From assembly GCF_001194135.2 (NCBI RefSeq), contig NC_068982.1, positions 161,377,523-161,441,522 of the forward strand: a stretch of 64,000 nucleotides of DNA, read 5' to 3'. This document shows positions 51,299 to 63,927 of this stretch, one piece after another. The stretch's first letter is position 1. Every line of letters starts with the position of its first letter. A model generated the notes under the pieces. It did not search any database, was not told the origin of the DNA, and saw only the letters and a program-made list of their open reading frames with translations. The DNA is from Octopus bimaculoides (Eukaryota). The position numbers were made by a program, and so were the translations under genes.

Positions 51299-54200
51299 AG
51301 ATGTAGAGCAAATGAACATGACAACAGAATGCAAACAAGAGCACTAACTCTGTTTCAATTTTTAACCACATATCCGCCCATGGGCGATCTAATGGATGGG
51401 TGGATTTTCAGAGAACACCAGTACTACTTAAGATTTTATAAGTGTCATGTATCACTGGGTGAGTTTAATCAGTATGTGTTTTCTAACTTTACCAAATACA
51501 CAACAGCAATAAATGATGACACATACTACTATAGGATACAAACTCTGTAGTCTTTTTCTGATATGGGCCATCCAAATATGGTTCTATAACTGCTGTACAT
51601 AGTTGGGTACATATGTGTGTGCACACATATTCAACTGTTGCTGGATGGATATGTTTTTTTCCGTATATAGAAACAAGTTGGCAGTATCTCTTACAAGAAA
51701 TATGCATATAAAGGGCCTAATATTCTGATTTAAAAGCACTTTGTAATGAAAATCATTGGATTTTTTTTTTTAATGATTGTAAATTAACACTTCAACTGAT
51801 TGAGTTCAGTTACCTGCTGGTGTCAACTTTTTCATTCTTCTTGTGTCTGTAAAATAAATAGCAGTCATGTTTTGAGGACAAATTTACTGTCCTTCATGAT
51901 AATGTGGACTTGGAGTTCAACAAATCTGCATTCCATCTTACGTTTGAAATAGGGTCATAATATTCATTTTTCTATAAGATTGCTCCATTGTTTGTGAGCA
52001 AAATTTTCATGTATTGACAAATACCTTGGTGATCTCACCCCATGCCAATTTCTTTTGTTCATTGCTAATGTTATTTAGCCTCAGTTCAACTCTGATTGAG
52101 CAGATTTATGATCAAAGGCATTCCAACCAGTCAGTTTTTATACAATGCTAATGCTGTTTTAAAGTCCCAGATTGACTCATTCAGGCTTACCTTATTTAAA
52201 GCAACAGGTCTATATGACTGCATTGAACCATTTATCAACTTGAAGTTCACAAAGGTTGTAGTGCAGATGTTCGCGAGAAAATTCATTTAAGTAAAAGGTA
52301 TCATTGGTTGTGAAAAGGTTTGGAACCGTGGACCTATTAGACATTTCCACGTTGGGTTGCTTTGTCGTTTCTATTTGGCAGTGAAAAGTTTATGCAACCA
52401 AGGGAGATAAAGAGTTGCACTATTTATCTCCCTTCCATGCAGGCTTTTTCTATTTAATAATTAATCATATTCAATATTTTATACTAAAATACTCAAGTGG
52501 GTTATTTTTTCCTATTAATACGAAGTGTTTGAAGTATATTTCCCACCATCTTAATTTCGTTTTTACACTTATACAGTATTTTGGAGCATACTAAAATACA
52601 ATATAGCATACTTCAGTATTCTGAATAGTTCATTCTATAGTTTATCCCCAACACTGTCAATGAAAATTGACTGTTAAGATTCGAGATACACCCTCTTTTT
52701 TTTCCCCTCGCAATATCAAACATTCTACGAAAATATAGTGCTCAAAAACTGAATTTTATATAGATGAAGACGAAAAATCAAATTTTAAATTAACTCCTCA
52801 TCATCCTTTAACGTCCAACCCATGCTGGCATGGGTTGGGCCTTTTGACCAGAGCTGTACCAGATTCCAGTTTGATTTGGCTTGGTTTCTTCAGCTAGGTT
52901 CCCTTCCTAATGCCAACCACTTTACAGTGTGTGCTGGGTGCTTTTAACATGGCACTGGCAAGAGTGCTTTTTACATAGCATCAGCACAGGGCTCCTGCAG
53001 GCCAGTCCTCTTCATCAGGGGGTGTGGCATTAACACTTCCACTGTGGAGGATGAATCTTGAGTACAACAAGGGGTCTTCTTGCTGAATGTAAAATGTACC
53101 AGCACAAATATATAGAGTATGTTAGGCAGATTTGCCTTTCAAGGTTACAGGAAATATTTTACCAGCATTGAGTTTTTTGGTTGCTTTTTTTTTACATATG
53201 GCATGAAACCAATAATTTAATCAGTGTTTGATGGTGTATGAAATTAGAATTTGACTAACATTTAACATGTGATTCAAGTTGATGATACAGTTGACTGAAA
53301 AAAATAAATGGATTTGTGCAGAAACTAGAATAATCTTTTAAAAAACCTGTTAGAAATATGTTTATCTTTAAAAGTAATAGTGATGATTATCATCATCATT
53401 TAATGTCCGTTTTCCATGCTAGCATGGAATTGGACTCATCTTTATCATTTGATGTTCATTTAAGCTTTAGTAATATGGATCTTTATGAAGAATTATTATG
53501 ACTGAAATGCCAAGTTTTCCTCGTGTCATTAGAAGTATTATTATATTTCAGTCAACAATCCATTGCTACAAATTAAGTATTAAAGGGGACTTGCAGTTCT
53601 AATATCAGTTTCTTTTGATTCGTTGCAAAGTTTGAGATTTACAGATAAGTAATGGGATATTGCAATGTTCACGTCATTTTCAAAAGTTTAGCAGCCATAA
53701 GCGAAGAGAGTAGACTTCACCTGCTAATAGAAACTCATCTTTAGAAATAAAGGCTTTAGATTTTGATGGAAAGATGATTGCAAATTAATGATGATGTAGC
53801 ATAAAATAATAGGTGCAATATGGCCAAATGGTTTAGAAGTTAAAACATTTTATGTGGCTTCAGATTGACTCTCATCAAGACTTACTGTTGTTTAGCTCCT
53901 GTTTTCATTGTTCAGTCAGACCTACAGTAGTGATACAGCAAATTAAGAGTAAAAAAGAGAGTGATCTACAAGTCCATCTCATGTTTCAGTCTGATCTGAG
54001 ACTGATATCTTGACCATTTTTTTCAGCATACAACAGAAGTAAAAAAGAGAAGACATGTAATTTCATATTTTTTTAATAGAATTTTCATCTGCATGGTTTC
54101 TAAGAAACAGCTGTCTGCTATTAAAACCTATTGTAACTATTAAAATATGTCATAAATTGTGGATTTATGGACAAAACTGAAACCTGGTAACATAAACTAT

Positions 54201-55966
54201 AATATGTAATGAATCCCCATGGTGCTACTACTACACTGTTACACACTTCTTGAGCAGGAATGTATGTTCATTTCTTTTCTCTTGTAGTACTATGATAAAT
54301 ATCATAATATAGACATAATAATTCCCTATCAGATGGCTAAGTTATGAATTATAAGACAATCAGTCAAGATGTTGGCTGTTTTCATCCTGTCATTGATGTT
54401 GTATGCTACCAGTATACCAAGCTTGTAAGTAGATATAAATCACTATTGTAAATGGGCAGCAATAGCATTATAATTGATGAATGATGTATTGGTTTCTGCA
54501 GGAATTATCCCAAGAGATTTCTCTTTGGTGCTTAATGTTATAGATAGGAAGTGGAGATAAGCATTGTCCCATTAGGTATTTAGACCCAAGTCAACACTAA
54601 TCAATCTATCTGATTAAAGTAGTTCCAGCTGTGACTGTCTCATCAACATCCAGTACAATATATTAGCTAATGTATCCTGTATTTAAGATGACTGTGTGTG
54701 ATTTGGTTATTGTTTATAGCAGGCCAATAAACTGTATTAAGAATCAATAGTGATGTATGTGCTGTGCAGTTGAAGGAAAGCTTCTATCAACCCATGTTTA
54801 GGGTCTTATTTCATTTCAAAGTTCCAGTTTTTTTCTCTTCTTTTCTCAGTTTCACTATTAAGTATTCACATGTTCAGTCAACTGAAGGTCTTTTTTATTA
54901 GAAGTACAATCTAGCTAATTAGAACCCACAAAGTTTTTATCTACCAATTTCACTCACAATGCTTAGGTTGACTTGAAGTGATGATAAATGACATTTACCC
55001 AAAATGTCGTGCAGAAGAATCAGACCTGGGATCTCCTGATTGCGAAGCAAACTTCTTAACCATTTAGTCATGTCTGCAATCCATAAAGATATAACTGAAT
55101 AGTTAATTGATTACATCCTAAATACCTTAAGGCAACAAAGAAACTGTTATCATGTATGCTCCATCCCTTGAAATTTAATATGATTCTGATACATCATAGT
55201 AGATTATTCATTTTTCTCATTTAAAATAATTATCTATTAATGTTGCTTAATTTGTGGTAGCACAAAGTGAAATGGAGCCAAAATTATGAACATTAGAAAA
55301 TCTTGTAAGTTTATTGTTACGAAGTACAATATAAACCAGAATCTAAGGAAACAAGTGGTTGCCTGTGCCAGGCTCTGTTTGAAATAGAATGGTATAGATC
55401 ATATTTTCCCATTATCGCACACACACTTTTATTGAAATCTGAGAACTTGACCTGCTCTTACAGGAAGCAGATTGTGTTAAAAAAAAATACTGAAGTGAAA
55501 ATGTCATGCAATGCATCATAAGGTCAAACTATGTGAGAGGTGTGTGTATGGCAGACATGTCTAACCCATGACATCTAAAAGTAAACAATTGTAAAACTGA
55601 CAATGTTTTCAAACATTTTTTTTAGTTCATTGAGGAAAGAAAACTTGCAATGAATCTTCTCAACAGATTAAAACTAGAACTAAAATCACATGTGCAAAAA
55701 AATTTGAAAACAGATAGAGAACTTAAGATTTTTTTTTTTTTTCCTATTTTACATTCTCATTTTTGTATCTTATCGGGATTTTTTAAAAATTAGTATATTT
55801 ACATCTCGTTCAAGCAGTTATTTTCACAGATATATTGTGCTTTTTAACCTCCAGTGTCAGCTTTTATTTAACGGGTCTGTGAACAAAGCCATTCCAACTG
55901 AGAACAACCTATCTTTTCTTCAGGTATCCTTTATATCGTTATGGTTTAATCAATGACAAATTAACA

Positions 55967-56174
55967 GGCGTAGGAGTGGCTGTGTGGTAAGTAACTTGCT
56001 TACCAACCACATGGCTCCAGGTTCAGTCCCACTGTGTGGCACCTTGGGCAAGTGTCTTCTACTATAGCCTCGGGCCGACCAAAGCCTTGGTAGACAGAAA
56101 CTGAAAGAAGCCCGTTGTATATATATATATATGTGTATGTGTCTGTGTTTGTCCCCCCCAACATCGCCTGACAA
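55967..56174 (+). mobile_element. Family-A SINE, young copy, cut by gap 56175-56714
   Basis: GGCGTAGGAGTGGCTGTGTGG head; runs into the N gap. Confidence 0.85.
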
Positions 56175-56792
56175 NNNNNNNNNNNNNNNNNNNNNNNNNN
56201 NNNNNNNNNNNNNNNNNNNNNNNNNNNNNNNNNNNNNNNNNNNNNNNNNNNNNNNNNNNNNNNNNNNNNNNNNNNNNNNNNNNNNNNNNNNNNNNNNNNN
56301 NNNNNNNNNNNNNNNNNNNNNNNNNNNNNNNNNNNNNNNNNNNNNNNNNNNNNNNNNNNNNNNNNNNNNNNNNNNNNNNNNNNNNNNNNNNNNNNNNNNN
56401 NNNNNNNNNNNNNNNNNNNNNNNNNNNNNNNNNNNNNNNNNNNNNNNNNNNNNNNNNNNNNNNNNNNNNNNNNNNNNNNNNNNNNNNNNNNNNNNNNNNN
56501 NNNNNNNNNNNNNNNNNNNNNNNNNNNNNNNNNNNNNNNNNNNNNNNNNNNNNNNNNNNNNNNNNNNNNNNNNNNNNNNNNNNNNNNNNNNNNNNNNNNN
56601 NNNNNNNNNNNNNNNNNNNNNNNNNNNNNNNNNNNNNNNNNNNNNNNNNNNNNNNNNNNNNNNNNNNNNNNNNNNNNNNNNNNNNNNNNNNNNNNNNNNN
56701 NNNNNNNNNNNNNNTGGGACACTTTTTTGTGAATTTTACTATCACAGAACAGTACTCTATATATATGTATATATATATATGTATATATATAT

Positions 56793-57000
56793 ATCATCAT
56801 CATCATCATGGTTTAACGTCCACCTTCCATGCTAGCATGGGTTGGACGATTTGACTGACAACTGGTGAACCAGAAGGCTGCACCAGGCTCCAATCTCATC
56901 TGGCAGAGTTTCTACAGCTGGATGCCCTTCCTAATGCCAACCACTCTGAGAGTGTAGTGGGTGCTTTTACGTGCCACCGGCTCGAGGGCCAGTCAGGCGG
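56793..57000 (-). mobile_element. Isolated RTE 3' tail, young, abutting the mariner left TIR
   Basis: (CAT)n tail, then the reverse complement of the RTE 3' UTR (GGATGCCCTTCCTAATGCCAACCACTC...GGTGCTTTTACGTGCC); ends directly at TTGGGTCATC. Confidence 0.85.
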
Positions 57001-58261
57001 TTGGGTCATCCCATAAATAATGCATTTTTTTCAATTGCATGAACTAAAAGTTGGAGGTAAGTGGGATAAACTAGCTGCATCAACTTGCTATAAAAGCAGC
57101 TAGAAATTTTACTTTGTGCTTATTCTTAGTGCAAGTTCCAAAGAGTAGTTCCATTTTAAGTTATTTTTTCAAAGCTATAATAGAAGTGACAAAGGAGCAT
57201 ATTTGGCATATTTTGCTTTTTGAGTTCAATACATGCAACAATGCAATGGAAAGTGCAAGGAATATTAATGCAGTACATGGGGATTGGACAATAAGTGTAA
57301 GCCAGTGTCAACGATGGCTCTAGAAATTCCAAGCCAGAAACTATAGTCTAGAAGATGAGCCTTGTCATGGAAGATCTGTAGAGCTTGACAAGGACGTCCT
57401 GCAAACCCTGATGGAACAAAATCTCATAGTAACTGTTGGTGAACTAGCAGAAAAGCTTGGATTTGGTCATTCAACCATTCATCAACACCTGTGCTATCAG
57501 AAAAGTCATCAAATTGGGTCAGTGGGTTCCTTTCTAAGTCTAATCACTCTTAGTGAATGTGTGCTCTTTTTTGCTGTTACGTCTCACGAATGAACCTTTT
57601 TTGGACCGAATAGTGATTGGTGATGAGAAATGGGTTCTCTATAAAAACGTCAAGTGCCGAAAAGAGTGGGTAGGGAAAGGAGAAACACCAGCACCCAGGC
57701 TAAAGGTCTTCACCCATGTAAGGTGTGATTATCTGTTTGATGGGATATGAAAGGTTTAGTTCACTTTGAACATTTAAACCCAAACCAAATAATAAAGGAG
57801 ATCTACTGCAAGCAGCTTCAGCAGCTTAAGTCGGCACTAAAAAAAAAAATGACCATTTTTGGTTTCAAGACACAAGCTGTTCTTCCATCAGGATAATGTT
57901 CGGCCACATACAGCAAGGATGACATTCGAAAGGCTAGAGCAGCTTGAATGGGAAATGATGCCCCACCCACCATATTCACCAGACATTGCCCGATCTGGTT
58001 ATCATTTATTCTATAGTCTTCAAGATCATTTGAATGGAAAATATATAAATTCTGTAGATGAGGTCAGAACACTACTGGTAGAAAATTTTTCATCTCAGAC
58101 AAGTGAATTTGGAAGAAGGGACTTGCAAGTCTACCGGATAGATGAAAGAGCATTGTAGAAAATGAAGAGTATATTTTAGATTAATAAAGAACTTTGTTTA
58201 TCTTAATTTTAAAGAATAAAAGAAGTATTAAAAAAACCACATTATTTATGGAATGACACAA
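57001..58261 (+). mobile_element. Near full-length mariner (Mos1-like) DNA transposon, inactive
   Basis: TIRs TTGGGTCATCCCATAAATAATG / rc of CATTATTTATGGAATGACACAA (2 mismatches); TA at 58262-63. Transposase remnants KEHIWHILLFEF, GDEKWVLY, HQDNVRPH and YSPDIARSGYHLF (third catalytic D mutated to G); frameshifted. Confidence 0.92.
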
Positions 58262-60585
58262 TATATATGAGAGAGAGAGCGTATGTGTGTGTGTGTGTTT
58301 GTGTGGCAGATGGAGAGTTCAATGCTCATAGTGATCAGTAATTTCATTTTTGTTTCTGGGTCTTTAAAGTATCAGATAAAGAATGGCAATAATAGATATG
58401 GTGATTGGGAGTTGTACATAAGGAGGGATGGAAGTAGGTAATATTAAGTACTGTGGTGGCTCATAGATAAAATTAGTTGGGGTGCTGCTTCAGAAAATTT
58501 TTCACCATTGTTGTAATATGGTGTAAAAGGAAACAAACGTGAAAAAAAAGTTTATGCATAAACTTGATTGGTTCATGTTTTAGCCACTGCCAGGTAGTGT
58601 GCTTAATTTGTTCAATGAACACCAATGTGAATTCCTCTTTGTTTTTCAAAAATCACCCCCTTAATCACATAATAAGGGGGGGAAATTTGCCCTATTTTTC
58701 AAATCCTGGCAGCAACACTAGCTGGAAGAAGGATAATAATCTAATTCTACACTTTATCACATTCAAGAATATAAACACTTTTTTAAGTACAACACATGTG
58801 GAGTCAAAAAGAAACACAAACTTTCACCAGCACACCAGGGTCGGCACTATGTGAAGCACAGTGCTCTTTCTCCCTAGCATGCAGCTTCCTATCTCGGACA
58901 TGTGAGCATGCGCACAACAGCCAAACACCATATCTTTGGAATTGTGAAGTGCACAGTTCTATACAAGGATTTTTGTATTTTTTTCATAAACTAGGGGATT
59001 TAGTTTAAGGATTATATAATGTACACGTATAAAGAAAGAATTAAAGAAAAAAGGACTCATTGTGTTGAATGTTATTGATAATATCAAGTGGAAATAGAGG
59101 GTGCTGCAGTGCCTATACATGAGCCACCACTGATTAAGTACAATCTACCCACTAGCCTATGGTGGTGGTGGTGGTGGGTGCCTTCTGAAATCACAGTAGC
59201 CAGAGTAAGAATAGGTTGACAATTAAGGTTTTCTCTCTCAGTGAAAGGCAGTCTGTATGATATTGCATGGTTGCAAGAATGGGAGCCTTGAATGCAGAAG
59301 ACAACAACCTGTTAGAAAAGTTTATTACATTCTCACCAGGAGACTGGATGGAAGGGCTAATGTAAATAACAAAACCATTCCTGGCAAAAAATGCACTAAA
59401 CAACATAGGTTAGTGGCTAGTGACTTCAGAGTTGGAGCTAGGTAGTGAAAACAACAACCTATCTTGTTATCCTCCTACCTATCTAAACATGCATAATTAT
59501 CCTCCCGTCAGTCTACATAGATAGCCATCAACCTATTGTACATCTACTGGACTGTCTTCCTATGCATTTAGATGGCTATCTCTCTACAGGCATGACTGTT
59601 CACTTATATCCACATATCTGTTCATTTACCAGTCAGCATAACAACCCATATATATATGCTTGCATGTCCATCTACCCAGCTATCCACATTTCTGCTTGTC
59701 TGTCTTTCTATCTTCCCATCTCTTTTCATATAATTTTATTCGTGTATATGTGCGTATTTCATACGTATGTCTGCATACAATTATATATATACATTTCCCG
59801 ATATCACACGAAGGGAGATAAATCTCTCAGATGATGACCTGAATTAATACCCCTATCTCACGAGATACTCATATCACATTCAGTTGTCATAACTTGTGAT
59901 TTTATACGAAACACTGATAGTGTGTTTGTGCAATTCTCTCAGTAGGTTTGCAATCTCAAAAATCGTGGCATAAGCTCAAATATGACTTATAGTGTTTCTC
60001 TGTTGATTATAATAAAATCTACCATTGAATGTTGTAAATATGTATGTGGATGTGTTATTTCTGGAGAATTTAATTAAGCCTTATCTTTTGCAAAATTCAG
60101 GCTGATCACTAACAAAGTGACAAGGTTCTTTTGTTTAAGTCAAGAAAGCTCTTGGGGTTTGTGGATATCTGAATTGTTTTGTAGTGCATGTGATTAAACT
60201 TGTGTATTCCATATGTATATGTGATTATATGCATGCTTTCAACCCCTGAACTTCAAATGGAGAAGGCCTGGAATGTTTTATAAATTTTCGATTTGTCTCT
60301 AATTCAACATAGACTAATCATTTTGATTTGTTCTTTGTTGGAGAACCCCAACATTTCTAAGCTTTTATGCAAATTTGTTATTACCTTGTCCAATACAACT
60401 ATGATAATAAGTATATAATGAAAGTTTTTGGCCTGCATATAAGAGTTGTGTTTCTTATTAGTTCTTCACAGATGTTCTGTTCCCCAATTTTTTATGAGAC
60501 ATTGGCATCTGCCAGGCAGCTGACCTCTAGAACAGTTCATGATTTTTTTTGCTCTCTGTTCAATGCAATATGTGTGTATATGTAT

Positions 60586-63544
60586 GAGGAGGAGAAGAGT
60601 CTGGAAGCTTAAAGATCCAGCAAATGGACAGAGATTTAGAGATGTTTTACTTAAAGCCTTCGACGAAATAGAAGGGGATATAGCATCACATAATGTGGAA
60701 GACAACTGGAGGTTTCTATGGGACAACCTGCTGAGTGCCACTGACCAGATGGATGATGGATGGTGCAAAGTAATGCGGTAGTGGAACCTTTTGGTTGACT
60801 GGGCTATTAGACAAAAGAAACAGGCTTGGAAGGACTGAAAGAACAGAGGTAGCAGGGAATTGTATCAGACTGCCAGAAGGGAAGCTAGGAGACAGGTTTA
60901 TTTAGCCAGAGGGGAAGCAGATAAGAAAAAATTTGCCAATGTTTTGTGCCGTGAGGACCAAAGACTTGAAGTATTTCGTGTTGCAAGACAGCGTGTGAGA
61001 GAGAATCGTGATGTCGTAGGAGAAAAATGTGTCTGCATGGAAGATAGTTCACTTGCACTAAATGAGGCTGCAAAGAGAGAGGTTTGGAGACGCCACTACG
61101 AAAAGTTCCTCAATAAAGAGAATGAATGGGAGAAAGAGAGTCTGCCGAATGTCGACCCAACAGAGGGACCAGCTATCCGAGTTGGCAGTACCTTGGTAGA
61201 TAAAGCAATTAAGAGTATGAAGACAGAGAAAGCCCCCGGCCCATCAGGAAATACTGCACAGATGCTCAAAATATCTGGCAGTGTTGGCTATAGCCTAGTC
61301 ACCCATATAGTTAACCAGGTGATACACGAAGGAGTCATACCCAATGACTGGTGTAGCAGTACCATAGTAAACTGCTACAAAGGTAAAGGTGACACTTTAG
61401 ATGCAAATAATTACAGAGGCATCAAGCTGTTAGATCAGGTAATGAACATCACAGAGAGGGTCATAGCCCAACTAATTAGGGAGAGAGTCAGTTTAGATGA
61501 GATGCAGTTTGGGTTCATGCTAAGGAAAAGCACCACTAATGCTATATTTCTGGTAAGACAGCTGCAGGAGAAAAACCTAGCCAAAGATAAACCTCTGTAC
61601 CTGGCTTTTGTTGACATGGAGAAAGCCTTTGACAGGGTCCCCCAATCACTTATCTGGTGGTCAATGAGGANNNNNNNNNNAACCTAGCCAAAGATAAACC
61701 TCTGTACCTGGCTTTTGTTGACATGGAGAAAGCCTTTGACAGGGTCCCCCAATCACTTATCTGGTGGTCAATGAGGAAACTAGGGACAGATGAATGGTTA
61801 GTGAGAGCTGTGCGCGCCATGTACAGGGACGCTGTCAGTAAGGTGAGGGTTGGCAATGAGTACAGTGAAGAATTCCAGGTAGAGTTAGGGGTCCACCAAG
61901 GTTCAGTCTGCAGCCCCCTCCTATTCATCATAGTCCTCTAGGCAATAACACAGAAATTCAAGACAGGATGCCACTGGGAGCTCCTCTATGTTAATGACCT
62001 TGCTCAAATTTCTGGGTCACTATCAGAACTAGAGGAGAAGTTTCAGGTGTGGAAGCAAGGATTAGAATCAATGGGCCTTAGAGTCAACCTAGCTAAAACC
62101 AAAATCCTAATAAGTAGGAAGGTAGACAAACCATAAACCCCTTCAGGTAGATGGCCCTGCATGATCTATAGAAAAGGTATAGGTAGAAACTTTATAAGAT
62201 GTACCCAGTGTAAGCTTTGGACACATAAAAGGTGCAGCAGTATCAAAGGAAGGCTAACTAGCAAGATAGTTTTTGTATGTGGCAGATGCTCAGGAGCAAT
62301 AAACACTGAAAATGTGCAGAGAACAACTTCTGCCACATTTCAGGGAGAAAAACTAGAAGTAGTTGATAGCTTCCGTTACTTAGGTGACCATGTAAGTAGC
62401 GGGGCAGGGTGCTCTGAAAGTATAGCTGCTAGAATAAGAATAGCCTTGGCAAAATTCAGAGAGCTCTTACCTCTGCTGATGACAAAGGGCCTCTCGCTCA
62501 GAGTAAAAGGCAGACTGTATGACGCATGTGTATGAACAGCCATGCTACATGGCAGTGAAACATGGGCCGTGACTGCTGAGGACATGCATAAGCTTGCAAG
62601 GAATGAAACCGGTATACTCCGATGGATGTGTAATGTCAGTGTGCATACTCGACAGAGTGTAAGTACCTTGAGAGAAAAGTTGGACCTAAGAAGTATCAGT
62701 TGTGGTGTGCAAGAGAGACGATTGCGCTGGAATGGTCATGTGGCGAGAATGGATGAGGATAGCTGTGTGAAAAAGTGCCACACTCTAACGGTTGAGGGGA
62801 TCTGCAGAAGAGGTAGACCTAGGAAGACCTGGGATGAGGCGGTGAAGCACGACCTTCGAACATTAGACCTCACCAAGGCAATGACTAGTGACCATGACCT
62901 TTGGAAATAGGCTGTGTGTGAGAAGACCCGGCAAGACAAGCGAGACCATAACCCGTAGCCTTTACTAGGGGTGTAGCCAGCCCATTTATGCATACCTTTC
63001 CTTCTTTGGATATTAAACTCTGCTTGCGAAGCCCGGTTGAGGCAAGTGAAATCGAAATTGAACCAAATTCGACAACTGGCACCCATGCCAACTTTCCTTC
63101 ATTGGACACTAAACTCTGCTTGCGAAGACCTGTTGTGGCAAGTGAAATCGAAATTGTACCAAATTCGATGACTGGCACCTGTGCCAGTGGAGCACTAACA
63201 GCACCATCCAACCGGGATCATTGCCAGAGCATCTGTCTGGCTTCTGTGCCAGTGGCACGTAAAAAACACCATTTGAGTGTGAACATAACCATCGTCGCCT
63301 TACTGGCACTTGTGCTGGTCGCACATGAAAAAACATTCAAGCGAGGTCGTTGCCAGTGCCGCTGGACTGGCTCCTGTGCAGGTGGGACGTAAAAAACACC
63401 ATTTGAGCGTGGCCATTCCAATACCACCTGACTGGCCCTCACACCAGTAGCACGTAAAAGCACCCACTACACTCAGAGTGGTTAGCATTAGAAAGGGCAT
63501 CCAGCTGTAGAAACTCTGCCAGATCAGATTGGAGCCTAGTGCAG
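60586..63544 (+). mobile_element. RTE-clade LINE, 5'-truncated, dead RT, 3' end interrupted
   Basis: RT motifs KAPGPSG, NYRGIKLL, QFGF, LAFVDMEKAFDRV, GVHQGSV-SPLLF; YADD mutated to YVND (61987); C-terminal RRLRWNGHVARM and RGRPRKTW. Several stops and frameshifts; no endonuclease domain at its 5' end. Confidence 0.92.
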
Positions 63545-63845
63545 AAGCTGCTTCACAGTAGCCATTCGTAAATACGTCCATTGCTTCAGTCGAAAAAGAA
63601 TTGTGCACGAAAATGGCGACACAATCTGCACGGATGACTGTAAAGTTCTTCACTGTCACCTCAGCTTCCAAGTTGAGGTTATTGAGATGGGTCTCTGTGA
63701 GGACGAAAAAGGAAGACAGTGTGGATGGTCATTAACCCAGTCCTCAATTAATTGGATCTTCCATTTTTGGGCATTGCTGGAAGGGCTGATGCCTTGTGAA
63801 TTGAGCAAAAATGGTGAGGCAATAGTGGTGAATGGTTTCATGATT
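63545..63845 (-). pseudogene. N-terminal AP-endonuclease fragment of a different LINE (CR1/L2/Jockey-like)
   Basis: Minus strand reads LLNSQG...(frameshift)...FVLTETHL...AEVTVKNFTVIRAD-VAIFVHNSF...NGYCE, i.e. APE motifs NxxG, TETHL and RxD(R..GG)VAI with the GG segment deleted. Confidence 0.7.
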
Positions 63846-63879
63846 TACTTGTTAATGGCAGCAAATGCATGCATATACA

Positions 63880-63927
63880 TATGTGTTTGTGTGTGTGTGT
63901 GTATGTGAGTGTGTGTATATGTATATG

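Noticed and set aside
58564-59445. Cluster of short ORFs (58564, 58796, 59191, 59257)
   Set aside because: No recognisable motifs, splice pattern or compositional signal; possibly old repeat debris.
61574-61777. 97-bp direct duplication of the RT motif LAFVDMEKAFDRV region
   Set aside because: The two identical copies sit either side of a 10-N gap (61671-80), the typical signature of overlapping contig ends that were not merged. Treated as an assembly artefact.
62988-63463. Overlapping ORFs with repeated peptides in the RTE 3' region
   Set aside because: Produced by 96-bp and 66-bp repeat units (multiples of 3) downstream of the RT stop; no coding evidence.
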